64,000 nt of DNA, taken from the NCBI GenBank assembly GCA_045597845.1, contig JAZLKZ010000107.1, positions 11,374 to 75,373 of the forward strand, read 5' to 3'. The first letter of the stretch is position 1, and the number at the start of each line of letters is the position of its first letter. The notes below the pieces were generated by a model, which ran no database searches, was not told the DNA's origin, and saw only the letters and a program-made list of their open reading frames with translations. Positions 58,158 to 64,000 of the stretch are shown here, one piece after another. This stretch comes from Bacteroidales bacterium. Lineage in GTDB: Bacteria > Bacteroidota > Bacteroidia > Bacteroidales > P3. The position numbers and the translations under genes are program-made.

Positions 58158-60684
58158 ATGAAAGCCAACCGATACCTTATTGGGGGATTATTGACCCTAC
58201 TCGTCTGCTCCTGCTCCACATTCAAGGTTTACGACCTACAATGCGAAGGCTTGAACGAGCCATTGGGAATCGATTCAGGGACACCCCATTTCAGTTGGAA
58301 GACCCTCTGCGACAAAACCATGATGCAGACCGCCTACCAAATTGAAGTAGCATCGTCAGAATCAAAACTCCTTGCCGGCGAGGCGGATTTGTGGCAGAGC
58401 GGCAAGGTGGAATCATCCGTGCAAATCATGATTCCCTATTCAGGCACAGGACTCTCTTCCCGACAGCAATGCTGGTGGCGTGTCAAGATTTGGGACAACG
58501 GCAAAGAATCCCAATGGAGCAGTCCCCAAAGATTCGGAGTCGGAATACTTGATGGAATGAGAGGCAATTACATCGGAGCCGCACCTGGCAACTCTTCCCA
58601 CTAAGAAAAAAATTCCACATCGCAGGGAAAGGTTCCCAAGCCTTGCTGTATGTAAATAGCCTCGGCTACCATGAAGTTTATCTTAACGGAGAAAAGGTTT
58701 CCGATGCAGTGCTCTCACCCGCCGTCTCACAACTCAACAAGCACTCACTCATCACCACTATGATGTCTCCAATTTACTCAAGGAAGGCGAAAACGACTTG
58801 GTTATATGGACTGGCGCGGGATGGTACAGAAAACATTTCGATGCCGTCTATGACGGTGCCGTGGTCTGCGCCGAACTCGACATCGATGGCAAAACCCTAC
58901 TTACTACCGACGAGACTTGGAAAGGGCGAGCAAGCGGCTACCGTGACCTCGGCACATGGATTCACGACGACTACACGGGCGAAAGCATCAATGCCATGCT
59001 CGTTCCGAAAGTACTTACTGGCGAGGCACTTGACACCTTGAAATGGGTGGAAGTGGACACCGTAAGCGTTTCCGTGGAAGCCGTTCAGCAGATGTGCGAA
59101 CCTTGCACCATTCAAGAGACATTCTCTGCAGTAAGCGTCAAGCCCTACGGCGAAAACATGTGGATTGCCGACATGGGGCGCGTGGTGAACGGACTTCCAG
59201 AAATCACACTGCCACAACTACCAGCAGGACACGAAACCACCGTAGGCTTTTCTGACACTAAATTCGATGACGGTACGGTTTTCACTTTTCTGCACAACAC
59301 CCTCATCAGCTCGGGAGCGGAAGGAGGCGACACCTTCACCGACAAATTCATTCAACAAGCCTTCCAATATCTGGTACTGGTCAATCTGCCTGTCGCCCCC
59401 AAAGCGGAAGACATCAAGGTGCACCGCATGAGAACCAACTACAAAAACCGCGCCACTTTCAGTTGTTCCGACACCGACCTCTGCGCGATTCACGACATGA
59501 TTGCCTACACCACTCAAAATCTGGCATTCAATGGATATATGGTCGATTGCGGCAGTCTTGAGAAACACGGCTACGGTGGTGACGGCAACGCCTCCACCCT
59601 CATCTTGCAAACACTTTACGAGGTAGCTCCGCTCTACTACAACTGGTTGCAAGCCTGGAACGACGTCATCAGGGAAGACGGTTCGCTACCCAATACTGCA
59701 CCCAGCACGCACCCAGCAGGTGGAGGACCCTACTGGTGTTCGTTCATCATCCAGACACCTTGGAGAACTTTCATGAGCTATGGCGACGACAGGAACCTCA
59801 CCAAAGGCTACCCCACAATGAAGCGATGGCTGGAATTTGTAGAACAATCCTACGACGACGGATTGTATTTCAGAAGCGCCAACGGGAAAGACTGGGGTCT
59901 CGGCGACTGGCTCGCACCAAAAGGTGTGGACGTACAAGACAAGGAGTCTGTCGAATTGGTAAACAATTGCGCCATAAGTCAGTGTTTCAACAATATGATG
60001 CATATAGCCGGCCATCTCGGTTTGACGCAAGACAGTCTCATTTTTGCAAGGAAACTAAAATCTCTCAACCGCAACATTCACAAGACGTTCTATCACGAAG
60101 ACGGCACCTATGGAACTGGTTCCCAGATTGACATGGCATACCCCATGCTCGTGGGAGCCGTTCCCGACAGTCTTATTGAACTAGTGAAAGACAAACTGTT
60201 AGAACGCACGGCGCAACAATACGACAACCATATTGCCTGTGGGCTTGTAGGCGTTCCCGTCCTCACGGAATGGGCCACGCTTGCAGGTGCATGCGACTTC
60301 ATCTACACCCTGCTGAAACAGCCCGACTACCCAGGCTACCTCTATATGAAAAACAGCGGAGCCACAGCCGTATGGGAGTCGTGGAACGGCGAACGGTCGC
60401 GTCTGCACAACTGCTACAATGGCATCGGTAGCTGGTTCTATCAAGCACTTGGCGGAATCATACCCACCCTGCCAGGCTACCAACACGTTACTATCAATCC
60501 ACAGACTCCCAAAGGATTATCGTGGGTCGAAGTCAGCGAAGAAACCCCTTACGGCACCCTACACGTAAGATGGGACCGCAAAAAAGACAAATGCGTATTG
60601 AAGGCAACCATTCCCGTAGGCATCACCGCCGACATCTTCGGCAAATCCTACGGAAACGGGGATCACACCATCGAATTCAAGTAA
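58158..60684 (+). pseudogene. GH78 alpha-L-rhamnosidase, interrupted by two frameshifts
   Basis: There are three consecutive ORFs in different frames. The N-terminal piece has the lipoprotein signal plus GLNEPLGIDSGTPHFSWK. The middle piece is LYVNSLGYHEVYLNGEKV, and the large catalytic remainder follows. The joins are at about 58591-58600 and 58751-58760. Confidence 0.75.
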
Positions 60685-60746
60685 TCCACAATAGTGACTG
60701 GTGATTAGGAATAGAGTCCTTCAAATCAACAAATCACATTCCCCTC

Positions 60747-63002
60747 TTATCGCACCACGATTTCATCAGTAAAGAGCCAGACGGGATTGCCGGCGGCACG
60801 GTGCCAATCTGGGATTTTAGGAAGGGATTCTGCCACGACACGCACATAACGGACCTTGGTCGTTTTGTCCAAATGGCAACCGAAATGTTTGATTTCAGGG
60901 GTCGCCAGATTTTGAGGATTGTCGCCTTGCCGACTCCCCACTTTGGACCAATTCTTGCCATCGTTCGACACATAGAATGTCACTTGTTTGGGCGCAAAAA
61001 TCCATGACAAGGGATAGAAGAAAAAGTCCATCGAGATTTCCGACACCTTCTTTTCTACGCCTAAATCCACAGTGGCGTCAACCTCATTGCCATAGAAACC
61101 AAGCCAGTTGTGCTGGTAGTTGAGGATACCCGACTTGCCGTCGGTCAGCGATTGTGCCCCGCCAGCATCATAGCGGGCATCGAAAGGTTTTGCCAACGTA
61201 ACCTTGCAGCCTTGCGCCAGCGAGTTGCCTTGCGCCTTGCGGATATAATTGTCGATGTCGGCACGAAACTCTTCAGGGCGGTAGCCCATCTCATGCAATT
61301 TCTCGATGCCAAACACTTTGCAGCCTTGCAAGAAAGCGTCGGCGCGCCGCACCCATGCTGAATCCAAAACACGAAAGCCTGCGCTATCAGTAAAGAAACT
61401 ATAGCCCGGCAATGCCTCATAGAGTGCCATCTCCAAGGCGGCGAAATCCAGCGAAAGCTGGAAATACCACAGCCGAGAAGTCTCCTCGACACTTTCCGCC
61501 ACTGCAAAAGCGGAATCCATCAGGGTTTCATAATATTCCAAATACTTGAGGTAAGTGTCTTTGGCGTCGATGGGATAGCCGTAAATCTCCAACCTTTTCT
61601 TCGAACGGACAACCTGCAGCGTCATATCGTCAAGGATGCGTTCCACATAGCAACTTCCCACCCCATAATAGCCCTGGCAAAAATCATGTATCAAGGAATC
61701 GACATCCTCGTCTGGATTCCACATCAGCTTGGCGATGAGATAAGTACGCAGTTCCATCCATGCCGTCTTGTTGTCCTCGCCAGTACCCTGTTCAAACATC
61801 ATACGTACGCCGTGGTCGTGGAAATATTGCAAGTTGGACTGCAAGACGTGAAGGTTGGGGAAAGGGTCCATAAAATTGCGGAACTGCACGATATAGTCCC
61901 ACATAAAAATGTTATTGGTAAGACTTCCCCACCCTTCCATATCATTACGGAACGATTTTTCGACAGGATTGGTAGCGATAGGCAGATGTCGGTCGCACTC
62001 GATGGAGCAGAACATGATATTCACGTTGCTGTCTGGATGTTGGGGGTCTGGACAGTCCAGCTGAGGGGGCCTGCGTGTGAACTGATAGCCCAAAGTGGAA
62101 ATGGTCTTGTCTGGGAAACGGCGTGCCACCTGATTGACGAAGTGGATAAGCGTACCCGACGGACCTCCGTAAAGGGAGTCAGCATGGCGACAGGCTGGAC
62201 AGGTGCAGTTGCTGTAGTTGTCGTTGTTCGACACCGACCAAATGGTTTTCTCGGGATGGGCGCGCATCATGGAGTCGAGATTCTGGCAAAGTACCTCCAG
62301 CACTTGCGGATTAGAGAGACATAGCTGGCCGTCACGCATACGATGTCCGTCAATCTCGGAAAACCACTCGGGGTGCTTGGCAAAATAGCGCTGCTGCGGG
62401 ACAAGGTGTTGGAAGGTGTGGACAAACATCCCCCAGTCACGGAAAAGGTCTTGGCGGTTGTGGAGCTTGTGCTTGTCGGCATACGACTGGCTGTGGTTGG
62501 GGTAATAGTAGAGCGTTTCGCGATAGCGGAAAGCAGGATTCTTCACCTCTACAAACGGTTCCAAAACATACTCTTGCAAATGAGGCACAAACTCCGCTTC
62601 GGGAGTATAGTAACGGCAGCCCAAATGGTGTTCCAAAAAGTCATACACGCCATAAAGCGTCGCCTTGGCAGTGTTGCCACAGATAACCAAGTCATGCCCA
62701 TCGCTGCACACCAAGAATCCATCGTCGCGCAATTGCGCCAATTGCTTGGCGTAATGCTGCTCCACATAGCGCGTTCTACCGATATAGACGATAGCCATAT
62801 CAGTACCTTGACGGCGATTTTCCGCGCCTGCGATGCGACCCATATACTCCTGAAACTCGGCGCCAGCCAAATGTTCCAGCGAGTCGGCACCCGCAGGATA
62901 GACAATGCGGAAATTGGTCATTCCTTTCTGTATCAGAGGCTGTTGCGCACACGTTATGACAAACGCAAACATCGCCGACAACAACAAGAGGATTCTTTTC
63001 AT
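60747..63002 (-). CDS. DUF4838-like glycoside-hydrolase-related protein with C-terminal F5/8 type C (discoidin) domain
   Basis: Has a signal peptide, a DUF4838-like N-terminus (FRIVYP..LYGVYDFLEHHLGCRYYTPE) and a discoidin-like C-terminus. Confidence 0.55.
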   Translation of the reverse strand: MKRILLLLSAMFAFVITCAQQPLIQKGMTNFRIVYPAGADSLEHLAGAEFQEYMGRIAGAENRRQGTDMAIVYIGRTRYVEQHYAKQLAQLRDDGFLVCSDGHDLVICGNTAKATLYGVYDFLEHHLGCRYYTPEAEFVPHLQEYVLEPFVEVKNPAFRYRETLYYYPNHSQSYADKHKLHNRQDLFRDWGMFVHTFQHLVPQQRYFAKHPEWFSEIDGHRMRDGQLCLSNPQVLEVLCQNLDSMMRAHPEKTIWSVSNNDNYSNCTCPACRHADSLYGGPSGTLIHFVNQVARRFPDKTISTLGYQFTRRPPQLDCPDPQHPDSNVNIMFCSIECDRHLPIATNPVEKSFRNDMEGWGSLTNNIFMWDYIVQFRNFMDPFPNLHVLQSNLQYFHDHGVRMMFEQGTGEDNKTAWMELRTYLIAKLMWNPDEDVDSLIHDFCQGYYGVGSCYVERILDDMTLQVVRSKKRLEIYGYPIDAKDTYLKYLEYYETLMDSAFAVAESVEETSRLWYFQLSLDFAALEMALYEALPGYSFFTDSAGFRVLDSAWVRRADAFLQGCKVFGIEKLHEMGYRPEEFRADIDNYIRKAQGNSLAQGCKVTLAKPFDARYDAGGAQSLTDGKSGILNYQHNWLGFYGNEVDATVDLGVEKKVSEISMDFFFYPLSWIFAPKQVTFYVSNDGKNWSKVGSRQGDNPQNLATPEIKHFGCHLDKTTKVRYVRVVAESLPKIPDWHRAAGNPVWLFTDEIVVR

Positions 63003-63190
63003 GCTAAGGGTTTCTTTGGTGACTTACTTAATTTGTCGATTGCAATGCAAAAATACGATTAATTCTTCATAGTTTCAAACTGACAAAATGACACATCAAG
63101 CAATATGGCACAGGACTTGAAGACATTCACCATGGTGTGCGGAGCAGTCCGCAGACTGACACATTGATTATTCATTAAAACACGTATATC

Positions 63191-64000
63191 ATGGAAGGTA
63201 ATCTCAACGTACAGACCGAAAACATTTTCCCGGTAATCAAAAAATTTCTCTACTCTGACCACGAAATCTTTCTGCGCGAACTGGTTAGCAACGCCATCGA
63301 CGCAACTCAGAAACTCAAAGCGCTCTCCTCGCGCGGCGAATTCAAGGGCGAGATGGGCGACCTCACCGTAGAGGTGAAGCTCGACAAGAAAACCCTTACC
63401 ATCAGCGACCACGGCATTGGCATGAGCGCCGACGAAATTGAAAAATACATCAACCAGATAGCCTTCTCGGGTGCCAACGACTTTTTGGACAAATACAAGG
63501 ACGTACAGGAAAACCTCATCGGACATTTTGGCCTGGGATTCTATTCCGCCTTCATGGTTGCCGACAAGGTTGAAATCAAGACCAAGTCCTACACCGACGC
63601 CCCCGCCATGCATTGGAGCTGCGACGGTTCCCCTTCTTTCACGATGAAAGAATGCAAGAAGGAAGAGCGCGGCACCGACATCATCCTCCACATCGCCGAC
63701 GACTGCAAGGAATTCCTCGAAGAGCACCGCATCCTCAACCTACTGAAGAAATACTGTCGATTCATGCCCGTAGCCATCCGCTTTGGCGAAGAGAGCGACT
63801 GGGTGGACAGCGAAACCGAATTCAACGAAGTAGATGACGGCAACGGCGGCAAAAAGAAAGAACCCAAGCGAGTGGAAGTCAAGAAACCACGCATCATCAA
63901 CGACACCGACCCAGCCTGGAAGAAGACCCCTGCCAACCTGACAGACGAAGACTACAAAAAGTTCTACCATGAGCTTTACCCCATGAACTTCGAGGATCCG
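63191..64000 (+). CDS. htpG: Molecular chaperone HtpG (Hsp90), 5' part; runs off the window
   Basis: My own translation from ATG 63191 gives MEGNLNVQTENIFPVIKKFLYSDHEIFLRELVSNAIDATQKL..ISDHGIGMS... The frame is open to the window end (270 codons). It is missing from the ORF track because no stop falls in the window. Confidence 0.93.
   Translation, partial: MEGNLNVQTENIFPVIKKFLYSDHEIFLRELVSNAIDATQKLKALSSRGEFKGEMGDLTVEVKLDKKTLTISDHGIGMSADEIEKYINQIAFSGANDFLDKYKDVQENLIGHFGLGFYSAFMVADKVEIKTKSYTDAPAMHWSCDGSPSFTMKECKKEERGTDIILHIADDCKEFLEEHRILNLLKKYCRFMPVAIRFGEESDWVDSETEFNEVDDGNGGKKKEPKRVEVKKPRIINDTDPAWKKTPANLTDEDYKKFYHELYPMNFEDP

Noticed and set aside
1-64000. Stop-codon reassignment as an explanation for the three in-frame TAA/TAG codons.
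   Set aside because: Conserved genes (uvrA, lon, mnmE, glmM, kdsB, trmB, rsmI, dcp) all end at TAA, TAG or TGA at the expected lengths, and no suppressor tRNA is visible. Nonsense mutation, rare readthrough or base error are more economical explanations.

Overview
This 64 kb window looks like a chromosomal segment from a Bacteroidales, probably Prevotellaceae-like, bacterium. Supporting evidence: TAnnTTTG -7 promoter boxes instead of Shine-Dalgarno sites, T9SS C-terminal sorting domains, a BspA-type LRR protein, a C10 peptidase, L31 type B, and a Bacteroides-like HtpG N-terminus.

I support about 50 protein genes, one tRNA-Pro(GGG), several intrinsic terminators and several promoter boxes.

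- **Housekeeping genes:** mnmE, uvrA, lon, rpmE2, glmM, kdsB, trmB, rsmI, dcp, a yebC-like gene and htpG (partial at the 3' edge).
- **Main finding:** a tightly packed nine-gene minus-strand operon at 16121-25740. It places a cysteate-synthase-like PLP enzyme, an alpha-oxoamine synthase and an SDR (the enzyme types used for capnine/sulfonolipid synthesis) around a complete sHdr-like heterodisulfide-reductase module. That module is HdrC-like, HdrB-like, a short HdrA-like protein, a small ferredoxin, and a membrane-anchored FeS/CCG fusion. I know of no characterised system with this composition.
- **AT-rich accessory island, about 28.2-34.7 kb:** a 1081-aa TPR protein, two defective lipoprotein genes, and a CPBP protease with an extra C-terminal domain.
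- **Second AT-rich insert, 50.6-52.6 kb:** a double zinc-ribbon gene and an unknown 366-aa (51523..52623) gene that is translationally coupled to the BspA-type gene.
- **Possible cassette insertion, 56137-57256:** a RhuM/Doc-like gene carrying a diverged copy of the first ~19 codons of the adjacent AlaX-like gene.
- **Interrupted genes:** six frameshifts (mostly apparent 1-nt deletions at short homopolymers) and three in-frame stop codons. One stop separates a C10 protease from its T9SS sorting domain. These may be real pseudogenes or phase variation, or assembly errors; I cannot tell from the sequence alone.

No CRISPR array, integrase, transposase or rRNA was seen.
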